In this document: piece by piece, positions 40,547-50,979 of the stretch
Layout of the letters: every line of letters begins with the position of its first letter
Numbering within the stretch: the first letter of the stretch is position 1
Source of the DNA: a candidate division FCPU426 bacterium
Lineage (GTDB): Bacteria; Oederibacteriota; Muellerivitia; Muellerivitales; Muellerivitaceae
Length of the DNA: 64,000 nt
Reading direction: 5' to 3'
Assembly (NCBI GenBank): GCA_963738405.1
Contig: CAVTWJ010000022.1
Coordinates: forward strand, 64,001 to 128,000
Notes under the pieces: model-generated
What the model was told of the DNA's origin: nothing
The model's input: the letters and a program-made list of their open reading frames with translations, nothing else
Database searches by the model: none
Translations under genes and position numbers: made by a program

Positions 40547-41610
40547 ATCCGCACTGGTTCGTATTTGTGTTTATGGCGGTAAGGCGAGTTTTCAGCTTGG
40601 CGTGCAATTTTGGCCATCATCTCGACCGTTTCGGCAGGGTAATCGCCGATGGCGGTTTCTTCGGAAAGCATAATGGCGCCCGTGCCGTCGAAAACCGCGT
40701 TGGCCACATCAGTAGCTTCCGCCCGGGTGGGGCGGATGTTTTTCACCATGGATTCCAGCATCTGGGTGGCGGTAATGACGGGTTTTTCAGCCCGGTTAGC
40801 CTTGTGGATTAGCATCTTCTGGGCTTCGGGCACATTTTCGATGGGGATTTGGACTCCCAAGTCACCCCTTGCCACCATCAGGCCATCGGCGGCTTTCAGG
40901 ATCGAATCGATGTTTTTCAGAGCTTCCTGTCGCTCGATCTTGGCAATGAACCTCACCGAGCGTCCCCTTCCCCCAGCCGCCTTTTTGACCTTAACGATGT
41001 CCGCGGCCTTCTCTACAAAGGAAAGTCCGTATAGATCCACCCCGTGGTTCAAACCAAATTCGAGGGATTTAAAATCCTGATCGGTGACCGGTTCCACGAA
41101 AAGCCGGGCGTTGGGAAGATTGAGTCCCTTGAAGGAATAGAGGGTGCCACCCACGGCCACTTCGCAATTCACTTCCGCGCCCTTGATGGATAAAACACTT
41201 AGTTGGATGAATCCGTCATTGAGATAAACCAACCCGCCCTTTTTGACGCTGGCCGTTAATTTCTCGTAATTGACCGGCAAAAGCCTTTCGGTTCCCAAGA
41301 CCTCACGAGTGGTCAAGGTTACCCTGCTTCCCTTTTTTAATTGAATGGGTTCGGTTTTGAGTTTTCCCAGGCGGATCTTGGGGCCCGGCAAGTCGATGAG
41401 GATTTGGACTTTGTAGCCGGTCTTTTCAGCGATGCGCCGGATATGGCGGATATCCTCGCCATGTTCGGAAAAGGTACCGTGGGCAAAATTGAGCCGGGCC
41501 ACCTTCATCCCGGCTTTCATCATGCGGATCAGGATTTTTTCGGGCCGTGAAGCGGGCCCGATCGTGCAGACAATGGCCGTCTTAAGTTTGTTCGCTTTTT
41601 TCATATCCAT
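40543..41610 (-). CDS. pyk: Pyruvate kinase (short form lacking C-terminal domain)
   Basis: [49 protein letters not shown]; only 355 aa. Confidence 0.95.
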   Translation of the reverse strand: MDMKKANKLKTAIVCTIGPASRPEKILIRMMKAGMKVARLNFAHGTFSEHGEDIRHIRRIAEKTGYKVQILIDLPGPKIRLGKLKTEPIQLKKGSRVTLTTREVLGTERLLPVNYEKLTASVKKGGLVYLNDGFIQLSVLSIKGAEVNCEVAVGGTLYSFKGLNLPNARLFVEPVTDQDFKSLEFGLNHGVDLYGLSFVEKAADIVKVKKAAGGRGRSVRFIAKIERQEALKNIDSILKAADGLMVARGDLGVQIPIENVPEAQKMLIHKANRAEKPVITATQMLESMVKNIRPTRAEATDVANAVFDGTGAIMLSEETAIGDYPAETVEMMAKIARQAENSPYRHKHKYEPVRI

Positions 41611-41618
41611 CTCAATAT

Positions 41619-42521
41619 CTAAGGTTCGATATAACCCAATCGCCTCATGAAATTCTCATCTTTTCGCCAGTTTTTCAAAACCTTCACCCACAATTCCAAG
41701 TAAACCTTTTGGTCCAGCATTTTTTCGATTTCCTGCCGGGCTGCCGTCCCAAGGGCCTTCAACTGGGCGCCCTTGGCGCCGATGATGATTCCCTTTTGAC
41801 TGTCTTTTTCGACGTAAATCGTGGCCTGAATCATGACGGGCTCGGGTTTTTCCCGTTCTTCGTATTTCTCAATCTGAACCGCCACCCCAAATGGCACTTC
41901 CAGCTTCAATTGGAGGAAGCATTGCTCCCTAATCAATTCCGAGGCGATTTCCCGCATGGTTTTATCCGTCAATTCATCCTCAGAAAACAAAGCGGACTGG
42001 TGTGGAAGGTGTTTTTTAATTTCCTCGATAACCTTGGAAACCCCCTCATCTTTGAGAGCCGAAACGCTGAAGGTCTGCCAAGACCCCAGTTCCTGCGCCA
42101 CCTTACCCGTTAACAGATTCAAGGTGTCCACCGAAACCAAGTCGGTCTTGTTCAGGATAACCCAAACGGGCTTTTTATATTCTTGGAGCCATTTAGCCAC
42201 CAGCCGGTCCTCATCCTTGATGCCTTCCTGGGCATCGATGAGAAATAAGGCGGCGTCCGACCCCTTTAGGACTTCCTCCACCACTGAAATCATGTAATGG
42301 GCCAGTTTGTTTTTTGGCTGGTGAATGCCGGGCGTATCGTAAAAGACGATCTGTGAATCGGCATCCTGGAAGATGCCCGCCATAGAACCCCGGGTGGTTT
42401 GGGGTTTGGGCGAAACAATGGCCAGCTTTTGACCCAGGGCAGAATTCAGAAAGGTTGACTTACCGACGTTGGGCTTTCCCAGGACCGCCACCGCGCCACA
42501 GACAAAGCCTGAATCAACCAT
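41619..42521 (-). CDS. era: GTPase Era
   Basis: [24 protein letters not shown] domain (IIIGAKG, LELWVKV). Start corrected to ATG 42521. Confidence 0.98.
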   Translation of the reverse strand: MVDSGFVCGAVAVLGKPNVGKSTFLNSALGQKLAIVSPKPQTTRGSMAGIFQDADSQIVFYDTPGIHQPKNKLAHYMISVVEEVLKGSDAALFLIDAQEGIKDEDRLVAKWLQEYKKPVWVILNKTDLVSVDTLNLLTGKVAQELGSWQTFSVSALKDEGVSKVIEEIKKHLPHQSALFSEDELTDKTMREIASELIREQCFLQLKLEVPFGVAVQIEKYEEREKPEPVMIQATIYVEKDSQKGIIIGAKGAQLKALGTAARQEIEKMLDQKVYLELWVKVLKNWRKDENFMRRLGYIEP

Positions 42522-42527
42522 TTTTTT

Positions 42528-42629
42528 GCCACAGATGCATGGGATACATGGGATAAAAACAAGAAAACCAATTGTTATTACTTTTTTTAAATTCACTTTT
42601 CATCTGTGTGCATCCTATGAATCCGTGGC
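42528..42629. mobile_element. MITE-like palindromic element, family A-variant (CCACAGAT-type 9-nt units)
   Basis: gccacagatgcatgggatacatgggat ... atctgtgtgcatcctatgaatccgtggc: imperfect inverted arms around an AT-rich spacer. Confidence 0.6.
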
Positions 42630-43387
42630 TAGTTAAACTGTCTTTCAACGTCAAAAACATGGTCTTCTCTCACGCCAAAGCGCTTAATCATTTCTTTTGG
42701 GTAATCCAACACACAGGTTTTTTTCACATCGTGCCCGTCGGACCCAACCGAGAACATCACCCCGGCCTTCACGGCCCTTTCCATCAGCCGGTCATAGGGG
42801 GTTTTCCAACGATTGGATATTTCCATGGCCACCGAGTGCTTCAATAAAAGGGCGATCAACCCCTCTTCCCACCATTCGGGAACATGGTCCTCCGGTTTCC
42901 CGGCGGCCAGGGGGGGCAGCATGGTGCAATGGCCCAGGATGTCGTACTTTTGGGACTCATATTCTTTCTTCAACATCTCCAAGTGGGCGCGGAAAAAGGC
43001 CTCAACATCGCCGACTTGTTTCAAGGGATCATAATCGGGGTTGTTACCCTGAAGAAATTTGATGAGGGGGAAAAAATCGATTCGGAATGGCCCCATCTGG
43101 AGGCCGTGTACACTTCCAATAACGTAATCAAATTTTTCTCGGGTCTCGGGCAGGATGGTAAAGCTACGGCCCAAATCCATTTCCAAACCCCGGGCCACCG
43201 GGTATTGGGATAAAAAATCCCCATAGGCCAGCAGACGATCGTTGGTGTTGAGGTAATCCCCCAGACCCGCGTGGTCGGAAAGGCCCACCCTGACCCCTTC
43301 GGCCTTGGCTCTCGTCATCACCTCTTCAATGGACTGTCTTCCATCGGACCATTCAGCGGTGTGGGTGTGGCAATCGAGGTAATTCAA
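42629..43387 (-). CDS. PHP-domain phosphoesterase (HisJ/YcdX-like)
   Basis: DCHTHT..SDG, SDH, GLE, IGSVH, ILGH, GSDGH. Confidence 0.9.
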   Translation of the reverse strand: MNYLDCHTHTAEWSDGRQSIEEVMTRAKAEGVRVGLSDHAGLGDYLNTNDRLLAYGDFLSQYPVARGLEMDLGRSFTILPETREKFDYVIGSVHGLQMGPFRIDFFPLIKFLQGNNPDYDPLKQVGDVEAFFRAHLEMLKKEYESQKYDILGHCTMLPPLAAGKPEDHVPEWWEEGLIALLLKHSVAMEISNRWKTPYDRLMERAVKAGVMFSVGSDGHDVKKTCVLDYPKEMIKRFGVREDHVFDVERQFN

Positions 43388-44796
43388 GTTGGTTCTTTGG
43401 GGGAGGAGGGATTTTCCCCTTTTCCGGCCGCTTCAAAGCCTTCCGTACTTTCCTTTAACTTGGCCGCCTTAGTCCTTCGTTTTTTCGGTTTAGGTGTTGG
43501 GGCTTCCTCAGCTTCTGGCTCAGGCAAGGGCTGTTCCCTCTTCAAGGCCTTCACCTTGTTGACCCTTCGGTCGGAAGCATCCAATACAGTAAATACGGCC
43601 TCCCGGTCATCCAAAACCCGGCCCTTGCGGGGCATGCGTCCCACCCGCTCAGTGAGATAGCCTCCGAGAGTCGCTACGTCACCCTTAGGGCTTAAATGAA
43701 TCCCCAAAGCCTCATTAACTTCGTCCAGAGACACACCCGCGTCAATGAGCCAGGTTCCATCTTCTTGTTTAGTAATGGGCTTTTCTTCTTCCACATCATA
43801 TTCATCCCGGATTTCCCCAACGATTTCCTCAACCAAATCCTCCAGGGTCACCAGACCCGCCGTCCCGCCGTATTCGTCCACCACTACCGCCATATGGATA
43901 TTGCCCCTTTTGAACTCGTGGAGCAGGCGGTCCACCCTCATGGTTTCCGGCACGAAATAAGGTTTTCGCAAGAGGTCCTGTAAAACAATAAGTTCCTTGT
44001 TTTTCCAGATGGCCAAAAGGTCCCTGGTGTTCACGATACCCATGATGTTATCCAGGCTTCCCTTATAAACCGGCATTCGGGAATAGCCGTTTTGGACCAC
44101 CAGATCCAATAGCTTATCCAGGCCTGTCGCCAGGTCTACGCAGAACATCTCGGTGCGAGGAATCATGACCTCATTCACCTTGGTGTCGGTGAACTTGAGG
44201 ATGGAATGCATCATTTTCTTTTCATCTTCATGGATTGTCCCGGATTCGGTGCCCAATTCGATCATTTGCTTGATGTCTTCTTCCGTGACCAGGGAGACAT
44301 TGGCACTTCCCATTTTTGAGAGAAAAATGCTCATGAAGTGGACCAGGGCCCAGGTAAAGGGGCTCAGGATTTTGTCAAAAAGGTAAATGGGAACCACAAG
44401 CAGGTTGGCAGCGGTGAGGGGGTTGGTACGGGCCGTCACCTTGGGGAGGGCTTCCCCGAAGACGATGAGAAAAACGGTCAAGGTGACAGATGCCACAGTG
44501 CCCGTCACGGCCCGGCTCCATCCAAACACCTCGGAATAATGCACCGCCATGTAGGCCACTAGGGTGGAGGCCGCGATATTGACGCTGTTATTGCCGATCA
44601 GGATGGTGGTGAGGATGCGGTTGGGATGGTCCCGCCACTCTTTAAAGGCACTTCCCAACAACCCGCCCTCCTGGGCGCGGCCTTCCAAAACCGGCTTGGG
44701 GAAAGAAAGCAGTGCGGTTTCCACCGCCGAGAAGAAGATGGAAACCAGGATGAGGCCCATCAAGATGACCAGATGGGAAATGAGGTAGTCGTCCAT
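43384..44796 (-). CDS. Hemolysin/CNNM family protein (DUF21 + CBS pair + CorC)
   Basis: [49 protein letters not shown]. Confidence 0.95.
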   Translation of the reverse strand: MDDYLISHLVILMGLILVSIFFSAVETALLSFPKPVLEGRAQEGGLLGSAFKEWRDHPNRILTTILIGNNSVNIAASTLVAYMAVHYSEVFGWSRAVTGTVASVTLTVFLIVFGEALPKVTARTNPLTAANLLVVPIYLFDKILSPFTWALVHFMSIFLSKMGSANVSLVTEEDIKQMIELGTESGTIHEDEKKMMHSILKFTDTKVNEVMIPRTEMFCVDLATGLDKLLDLVVQNGYSRMPVYKGSLDNIMGIVNTRDLLAIWKNKELIVLQDLLRKPYFVPETMRVDRLLHEFKRGNIHMAVVVDEYGGTAGLVTLEDLVEEIVGEIRDEYDVEEEKPITKQEDGTWLIDAGVSLDEVNEALGIHLSPKGDVATLGGYLTERVGRMPRKGRVLDDREAVFTVLDASDRRVNKVKALKREQPLPEPEAEEAPTPKPKKRRTKAAKLKESTEGFEAAGKGENPSSPKEPT

Positions 44797-44804
44797 AAGT
44801 GGTT

Positions 44805-45260
44805 TTAGCCTTCGAATTTCCTAAGAATACGGTCCTGCAGCCCGAACATGCGTTTTTCCTCGGGCTTGGACCCATGATCATACCCTAAAAGATGAAGGAT
44901 TCCGTGGACCAGGAGCATGGCCACTTCGGATTCCATTGTTTTTCCGGCCTTTCGGGCCTGTCGTTTGGCCTGGGGCAAGCTGATGACGACGTCCCCCAAA
45001 ACCCTTTTTTCCGCCCCACCGGTCTTAAGCTTCTTCCCTTCCAAAAGCGAAAAGGAAAGCACATCGGTTGTTTGGTCCTTCCCCCGATATTGGCGGTTCA
45101 GTTTTTTGACCTGGGCATCGCCGGTGAAAAGAACGGATAGCTCACAAAGGTTGGCAAAAGCCTTTCCCTTGACCTTCGTTAGGGTCAATTGGGCCAACTG
45201 CCGAACCCAGGCAGGAGTAAAAGTTTTTTCTTTTTCGGGCAGACTTAGGAAAAGTTTCAC
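44805..45260 (-). CDS. ybeY: rRNA maturation endonuclease YbeY
   Basis: LNRQYRGKD.TTDVLSF, LGDVVIS, HGILHLLGYDH. Confidence 0.97.
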   Translation of the reverse strand: MKLFLSLPEKEKTFTPAWVRQLAQLTLTKVKGKAFANLCELSVLFTGDAQVKKLNRQYRGKDQTTDVLSFSLLEGKKLKTGGAEKRVLGDVVISLPQAKRQARKAGKTMESEVAMLLVHGILHLLGYDHGSKPEEKRMFGLQDRILRKFEG

Positions 45261-46258
45261 GGGGTCGAGCCATTGGACCCGGCGGGGGGTTTTTGACGGT
45301 CCTCATGGGCCTGGTAGGCCCTGAGGATATTCTGGACCAGCCGGTGTCGTACCACGTCTTTCGGCTCGAAATCGACAAACGAGATACCTTCGGTGCCGTC
45401 CAGAATTCTCCGAATTTCAATCAATCCCGAAACTTTGCCCGCGGGCAAATCGATCTGGGTGATATCCCCTGTTACCACCATCTTGGAGCCTGTCCCCATG
45501 CGGGTCAGGAACATCTTCATCTGCTCGGGGCTGGTGTTTTGGGCCTCATCGAGAATGATGAAGGCGTTGGAAAGGGTCCGGCCCCTCATATAGGCCAGGG
45601 GGGCCACCTCCACCACCCTTTGCTGGAACAGGCGCTGGAGTTTTTCGTATTCGACCATGTCATAAAGGGCGTCGTAGAGAGGCCTGAGATAGGGGTCCAC
45701 CTTGTCCTGCAGGTCGCCCGGCAAAAAGCCCAGCTTTTCTCCTGCCTCCACTGCCGGACGGGTCAAGACCAGCCGTTCTACCTGGCTTTCCCGCAAAGAC
45801 GCCACGGCCATGGCCATGGCGAGATAGGTTTTACCCGTACCGGCGGGGCCGACTCCGAAAACAATGTCATGGCGTCTAATGGAATCCACATATTTTTGCT
45901 GGTTGTCGCTTCGGGCCGCGATGGGCTTTTTACGGGAGGAAACCAGAATTGTCTCATGGGAACCCTGGGGCTCCTCAGCCGCTTCACCCTTGGTTTCGGA
46001 AATAAAACGCTGGATGGCCCCCGAAGGCAGGTAGCCCCCATTGCCCTTTTTCAACTGAAGCCGAATGCGCTCAATGACCTGGCTGGCATGGGTTACTTGA
46101 ATCGGTTCCCCTGAAAGCAAAAGTTCGTTTCCCCGGGCGACTAGGGTGACCGGGAAGGATTCCCGGATGATTTTCAAATTAAGGTCTTTTTCGCCGAACA
46201 ACTGGACGCATTCCTGATGGTCCTCCAGGGTGATTCGATGGCTGATCGTTTGGGACAA
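45257..46258 (-). CDS. phoH: PhoH family ATPase
   Basis: GPAGTGKT, RPAVEAGEKLGFLPG, RGRTL, DEAQN, GDITQ.DLP; TTG start after GGAGGA. Confidence 0.96.
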   Translation of the reverse strand: MSQTISHRITLEDHQECVQLFGEKDLNLKIIRESFPVTLVARGNELLLSGEPIQVTHASQVIERIRLQLKKGNGGYLPSGAIQRFISETKGEAAEEPQGSHETILVSSRKKPIAARSDNQQKYVDSIRRHDIVFGVGPAGTGKTYLAMAMAVASLRESQVERLVLTRPAVEAGEKLGFLPGDLQDKVDPYLRPLYDALYDMVEYEKLQRLFQQRVVEVAPLAYMRGRTLSNAFIILDEAQNTSPEQMKMFLTRMGTGSKMVVTGDITQIDLPAGKVSGLIEIRRILDGTEGISFVDFEPKDVVRHRLVQNILRAYQAHEDRQKPPAGSNGSTP

Positions 46259-46321
46259 CTTCACTCCTCCAAAGGGAAGCAAGAATAGGGTTTAAACCCA
46301 TTCTAACGGTTAACGGCAGGT

Positions 46322-46360
46322 AAAAAAAAACTCCCTTTCCCGGTTAAGGAAAAGGGAGTT
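46322..46360 (-). terminator. Rho-independent terminator
   Basis: Minus strand aactcccttttcc-ttaacc-gggaaagggagttttttttt after the LysM gene. Confidence 0.85.
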
Positions 46361-46397
46361 CGACGGCTAAAAACGTTCTTTACCAGCTGTATTCCAC

Positions 46398-46940
46398 TTA
46401 AAAGTAATCAACCGGAAGGGTTTCCCTCGGCTCGGTATGGGGCACATAGACCGGCGTGTCGCTGGCATCCTTGCGGGCCTTGTCCAGGTCGCCCAGACTG
46501 AAATCTTTGCGGATCAAGAATTTCTGCTTGGGATAGATCAAATCCGGGTCTTTAATTTGATCCCGGTTAGCCTTAAAGAGCAGGGGCCAAAGGAAGTTGT
46601 CTTTGTAAATGATATCCATTCCAGAAATGCCCCAAAGGGTATCGCCCCGTACCACGATGTACCATTCGGGAGGGATCGTGGTTGGTTCCGCGGCTACGGG
46701 AGGAGGCGGAACGGCTGTCGGCTCAGCGGTTGGAACCGGGGTAGGCACCGGCGTAGCGACTTCAGCGACCACCGGAGGAGGCGCTTCCACTTCAGGGGCG
46801 GCGGGAGGCGGGGCGATGGTTTCGTTGGAATCAGGCTGAACGGGGACTTCTTCTCCCTCGATCCTTTGCTTATGAGCGCATCCAACTGCCAGAACACCTG
46901 ATAACAACGCCATCATCAACAGTGACTTGGAACCACGCAT
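46398..46940 (-). CDS. LysM-domain lipoprotein with Pro-rich linker
   Basis: Lipobox LAVGC; YIVVRGDTLWGIS..WPLLFKANRDQIKDPDLIYP. Start corrected to ATG 46940. Confidence 0.9.
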   Translation of the reverse strand: MRGSKSLLMMALLSGVLAVGCAHKQRIEGEEVPVQPDSNETIAPPPAAPEVEAPPPVVAEVATPVPTPVPTAEPTAVPPPPVAAEPTTIPPEWYIVVRGDTLWGISGMDIIYKDNFLWPLLFKANRDQIKDPDLIYPKQKFLIRKDFSLGDLDKARKDASDTPVYVPHTEPRETLPVDYF

Positions 46941-47041
46941 ATTGAATCCCCCTTGATTGCTGGCAAGCAAAGCCTGTTTATTATCCGGTGAGGGGGGAAG
47001 GCCGTCAAGTTTGGCCTGATAGGCCAACTAAAACCCAAATA

Positions 47042-47135
47042 TCACCACCAAGACACAAAGACACCAAGAAAACTCACGGTTTTAAACTTAAATCTTTGTT
47101 TTGTCGTTCTTGGTGACTTGGCGTCTTGGTGGTGA
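47042..47135. mobile_element. MITE-like palindromic element, family A
   Basis: tcaccaccaagacacaaagacaccaagaa ... ttcttggtgacttggcgtcttggtggtga just downstream of aspS. Confidence 0.75.
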
Positions 47136-47150
47136 AAAGAATTTTATTTT

Positions 47151-48947
47151 CTAGGTCAAATCTTCCAATTCAATCTTAATCTTCAGTTCCTTCATCAAAT
47201 CCGGGTCGATTTCGGAAGGAGAACCGGTCATCAAGTCGGTAGCCTTGGCGGTCTTGGGGAAGGCGATGACGTCCCGGATGTTAGGCGAGCCGGTCAAGAG
47301 CATCACCACCCGGTCAAGCCCGAAGGCCATCCCGCCGTGGGGCGGTGCGCCATAGCTCAAGGCCTTTTGAAGGAACCCAAAGCGCTCGTCCGCGCTTTCT
47401 TTCGGTATTTCCAATATTTTGAAAATCTTGGCCTGCAATTCGGTGTCGTGAATACGAATGCTTCCACCGCCTAATTCAAACCCGTTCAAGACCAGGTCGT
47501 ACCCCTTGGATTTAGCCTTCATGGGGTCGGTATCGAGTAGACTTAAGTCCGCTTCTTTGGGCGAGGTGAAGGGATGGTTCATAGAAAAGATCCTTCCCTT
47601 TTCATCTTTACCAAACATGGGAATATCCACGATCCAGCGGAAGGCCCACTTTTCTCCCTTTTCAATCAAACCCTTGCGCTTGGCGATCTCGACCCGCAAA
47701 GCGCCCAAAGACCCGTTCACGGTCTCACTGTCGTCTGCGCCGAAGAGGAACAAGTCACCCTCTTCACCCTTCAGTACTTTTAATAACTCGGCTTGGACAT
47801 CGGGTTGGAAATACTTGGTGATGTTGGAATCCAGCTTGCCGTCTTTCACCTTGAACCAGGCCATGCCCTTGGCGCCGTACTTTCCTACATAAGCGGTTAA
47901 ATCTTCAAGATCCTTACGGGAGAAATCGGCGCAACCCTTGGCGTTCAGGGCTTTCACTACCCCGCCCCTGCCTAGGACATCTTTAAAGACCTTAAAGTCA
48001 GACTTGGCGGCGACTTCACTGACATTCACCATCGGTAGGTCAAAACGCATGTCCGGCTTGTCCGAGCCGTATTTTTCCATCGCCTCTTCAAAGGGAATCC
48101 TCTCAAAGGGCGTTTTCAAGTCTACGCCCAGCACTTCCTTGAATACCGTCTTCATAACCCCTTCACCCACCGCGTAGATATCGTCCTCATCAATAAAGGA
48201 CATCTCGATATCCACCTGGGTAAATTCAGGCTGGCGGTCGGCGCGGGGGTCTTCATCCCGGAAACAGCGGGCGATTTGATAATACTTGTCCAGCCCCGCG
48301 ATCATGGAGAGCTGTTTGAACAACTGGGGGCTCTGCGGAAGCACGTAAAATTTTCCGGGATAGACACGGCTGGGCACCACGTATTCCCGCGCGCCCTCAG
48401 GGGTATTTTTGATGAGAATGGGGGTTTCGATTTCCAGGAATTCTTGGCTGTTCATGTAAGCCCGAATAGCCTGAGCGGTCTTGTGCCGGGCAATGAGCTT
48501 GTTTTTCATGGATTCCCGGCGCAGGTCTAAATATCGGTATTCCAAACGGGTTTCCTCGGCCACCTCCACGTCGTCCTCAATGGGAAACACGGGGGTTTGG
48601 GAGGGATTCAGAACTTTCACTTCGGAACAACGGATCTCAATTTCGCCCGTGGGAAGCTTGGGGTTGGCTGTTCCCTCGGGCCGCATCGCTACCTTGCCCT
48701 TCACGGCTAGGACCCACTCACTGCGGATCAGATGGGATTGCTGGTGCACCTTGTCGGCCAATTGGGGGTCAAACACGATTTGGGTCACGCCGTAACGGTC
48801 GCGCAAATCGACGAACACCAACCCGCCGTGGTCGCGGCGGTGGTGTACCCAGCCCATCAGGGTGACTTCCTGGTTGATGTTGGAGGCGCGCAGGTCCCCG
48901 CATTTGTGTGATCTTTTCCAGCCGCCGAGCATTTCCGCCACGTTCAT
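47151..48947 (-). CDS. aspS: Aspartate--tRNA ligase
   Basis: GWVHHRRDHGGL.FVDLRD, PQSPQLFKQ, FRDED.RADRQPEFTQ, PPHGG.AFGLDR. The His in RRDHGG suggests the non-discriminating Asp/Asn type. Confidence 0.99.
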   Translation of the reverse strand: MNVAEMLGGWKRSHKCGDLRASNINQEVTLMGWVHHRRDHGGLVFVDLRDRYGVTQIVFDPQLADKVHQQSHLIRSEWVLAVKGKVAMRPEGTANPKLPTGEIEIRCSEVKVLNPSQTPVFPIEDDVEVAEETRLEYRYLDLRRESMKNKLIARHKTAQAIRAYMNSQEFLEIETPILIKNTPEGAREYVVPSRVYPGKFYVLPQSPQLFKQLSMIAGLDKYYQIARCFRDEDPRADRQPEFTQVDIEMSFIDEDDIYAVGEGVMKTVFKEVLGVDLKTPFERIPFEEAMEKYGSDKPDMRFDLPMVNVSEVAAKSDFKVFKDVLGRGGVVKALNAKGCADFSRKDLEDLTAYVGKYGAKGMAWFKVKDGKLDSNITKYFQPDVQAELLKVLKGEEGDLFLFGADDSETVNGSLGALRVEIAKRKGLIEKGEKWAFRWIVDIPMFGKDEKGRIFSMNHPFTSPKEADLSLLDTDPMKAKSKGYDLVLNGFELGGGSIRIHDTELQAKIFKILEIPKESADERFGFLQKALSYGAPPHGGMAFGLDRVVMLLTGSPNIRDVIAFPKTAKATDLMTGSPSEIDPDLMKELKIKIELEDLT

Positions 48948-49091
48948 CCCCCTGCTGAATAATAAAAAAGCCCCTTAAAGGGGCCGTTTAGAAGAGCCGT
49001 ATGATAGCACAAGAGGGGTTTTTAGATGTTTGATCTCTTAAAACCTTACATCTATTGTGACATCATTGAAATTCAGCATGACTTTTTAATA

Positions 49092-50156
49092 TTAGCTTGT
49101 TGACGGAGCAATTTTCGGGGCAATAGTTTTGAATAAATCCACGATAGGTTCTCCTGGTTTCACAAAGGAAAAATTCAACTTTCCCAAAAAAGACGAAAAA
49201 GCTTCTTTGTAGTTTTTTATAAGCTCTTCTCTTTTTTCATCATTATCTTGTTTATTAACAATGTAAAACATTTTCACACATGAGTTTTTCAAAACCTCCG
49301 ATATATAAAAACGCATCATCACGTCTGATTTCGGAAGAGAATAACCAAGACAATATATTTCTTCACACTTAGAAAGATTTTCAAAAGACGTTCGCCATTG
49401 CGCCCTAATGAATTCATTCTTGAAGAATGTTTCTTTGTGAACTGTAGGTGGAACTATGAGTGGAATTTTATCATTACTTGCGCGACCAGTTCGATAAAGT
49501 AACCCCGGGGGTAACTTTTTCTGTTCAATTTCAGGAATAAAATTTCCTAAATTGATGTCATAAATCGGTTCTCCGTAAAAATTTTTCGATCCGGAATAGT
49601 ACCAATTTATGGAGCCATGCAACTTATAAAGTACCATTGGTGTTTCTTGAGGCGGGCGAGAGTTTCGCGGGTTACCTTCTCTATCCAAGGCAAGTGAAAC
49701 AACCGTTGTGAATAAAGAGTCATAAGAGATCTGAGGGTTCTTAATGTAATGAACGAACAAAATCTCAATCAATAAATCATAATTAAGACTCACAACGCGC
49801 GAAGGACCGTTTAGCCATGTGGCCATGGCGGTATGGGACCAATGAACATCGAGCGAATTGCTCACTTCCATTAGTGCTTCTGTTTGCCGTTTTGTGATTG
49901 TTTCCGAAATTAATTTTGAAATCACAATAAAAAGCCGACGATTTTGAAGACTAGTTTTTTCGTCTAACCAGGGTTGCTCTTCCGCCAAATATGTCAGAAG
50001 TGATTCAATATCATTATTAAAAGCAATACTGTTTACTTTCGATGCATCTTCCGGTTCCAATTCAGAAAGAACATCTTTCATCAATTCTTCAGTAACCGGC
50101 ATTAACTTTGAAAAGGCTTTTGAAAATCCCGCCCCAACAATATACCCCTTAACCAT
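49092..50156 (-). CDS. SIR2-like domain protein (SIR2_2 type)
   Basis: IVGAGFS, SLNYDLLIE, YKLHGSINW, IVPPT, LGYSLP..D; visibly AT-rich. Confidence 0.85.
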   Translation of the reverse strand: MVKGYIVGAGFSKAFSKLMPVTEELMKDVLSELEPEDASKVNSIAFNNDIESLLTYLAEEQPWLDEKTSLQNRRLFIVISKLISETITKRQTEALMEVSNSLDVHWSHTAMATWLNGPSRVVSLNYDLLIEILFVHYIKNPQISYDSLFTTVVSLALDREGNPRNSRPPQETPMVLYKLHGSINWYYSGSKNFYGEPIYDINLGNFIPEIEQKKLPPGLLYRTGRASNDKIPLIVPPTVHKETFFKNEFIRAQWRTSFENLSKCEEIYCLGYSLPKSDVMMRFYISEVLKNSCVKMFYIVNKQDNDEKREELIKNYKEAFSSFLGKLNFSFVKPGEPIVDLFKTIAPKIAPSTS

Positions 50157-50256
50157 TTTTACACTCCGGCCATTTCTTTCGTAACCAATTTATTTTTTCA
50201 AGTGTTCGTAGTCCGGCCTGAAAATAGAAATTACAGAATCCCAATCAAAAAACTTT

Positions 50257-50571
50257 TCAACTCGCCTTGCGGAAATCGAACGTTATTCCCAACTGGGCCC
50301 CGCAAGCGGCGGCAATCTTTTGCAGGAAGCTCAAAGAAGGAACAGAACGGTAAACGCCGCTTTCCACCCTGGAAATGGCGCTTTGCTTGGTCCCTATTTT
50401 CTTGGCCAAGGCTTCCTGGCTTAATCCCGCGTGCTCACGGGCCTTTCTAATGGCACCGGCAAGACGGAACTTTTCTTTCTGTTGTTTCACCAAAATGCGG
50501 ACTTCGGGATCTTTTTCCAGCTTTCGAAAAAAGGCATCCGGGTTGTAATAGGGTTTACGGTTCTTTTTCAT
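50257..50571 (-). CDS. XRE-family HTH antitoxin (HigA-like)
   Basis: IRKAREHAGLSQEALAKKIGTKQSAISRVESG; overlaps the 3' end of the toxin gene. Confidence 0.9.
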   Translation of the reverse strand: MKKNRKPYYNPDAFFRKLEKDPEVRILVKQQKEKFRLAGAIRKAREHAGLSQEALAKKIGTKQSAISRVESGVYRSVPSLSFLQKIAAACGAQLGITFDFRKAS

Positions 50572-50902
50572 CCGCTAAAACCTCCTTCATTCTTTTGACA
50601 GCCAGTTCCAAATCCAGTTTAGACGTTTTTTGAGTTTTCTTTTTGAACGCATGGAGCCAAATCATTTTGGGGCCAGTCAGAAGGACATAAGCGATCCGAT
50701 ACTGTCCCCCGGTTCCCCGAAACTTGATTTCCCAGAGTTTTCCCCCCAATGGTTTGAAAATAACGTAAGGGTATTTTAAACCCTCTTTTTCAATCCCCTC
50801 TCGGATTTCAACGAAAAGAGATTGATCATCCTTTGAAAGCCCTTGGATGAACTCCTCCAAGGGATATCGTCCCGAGGAACTACGGTAGAATTCAACCTTC
50901 AT
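50555..50902 (-). CDS. RelE/ParE-superfamily toxin (HigB/Gp49-like)
   Basis: VEFY...SGRYPLEEFI, KLWEIK, YRIAY, LHAFKKKTQKT...L.LA..RM; toxin-first order. Start taken at ATG 50902. Confidence 0.9.
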   Translation of the reverse strand: MKVEFYRSSSGRYPLEEFIQGLSKDDQSLFVEIREGIEKEGLKYPYVIFKPLGGKLWEIKFRGTGGQYRIAYVLLTGPKMIWLHAFKKKTQKTSKLDLELAVKRMKEVLADEKEP

Positions 50903-50907
50903 TATGT

Positions 50908-50936
50908 AATATAACATTATTGTTATATCCTTCCAA
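50908..50936 (-). promoter_or_regulatory. TA promoter with palindromic operator
   Basis: Minus strand TTGGAA-N17-TATATT-acata-ATG; inverted repeat ATATAACA-ttat-TGTTATAT (50909-50928) overlaps the spacer and -10. Confidence 0.7.
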
Positions 50937-50979
50937 GAGCGTTTTATTCTCTTATTTCAAAATCTTAAAATATTTCCCA

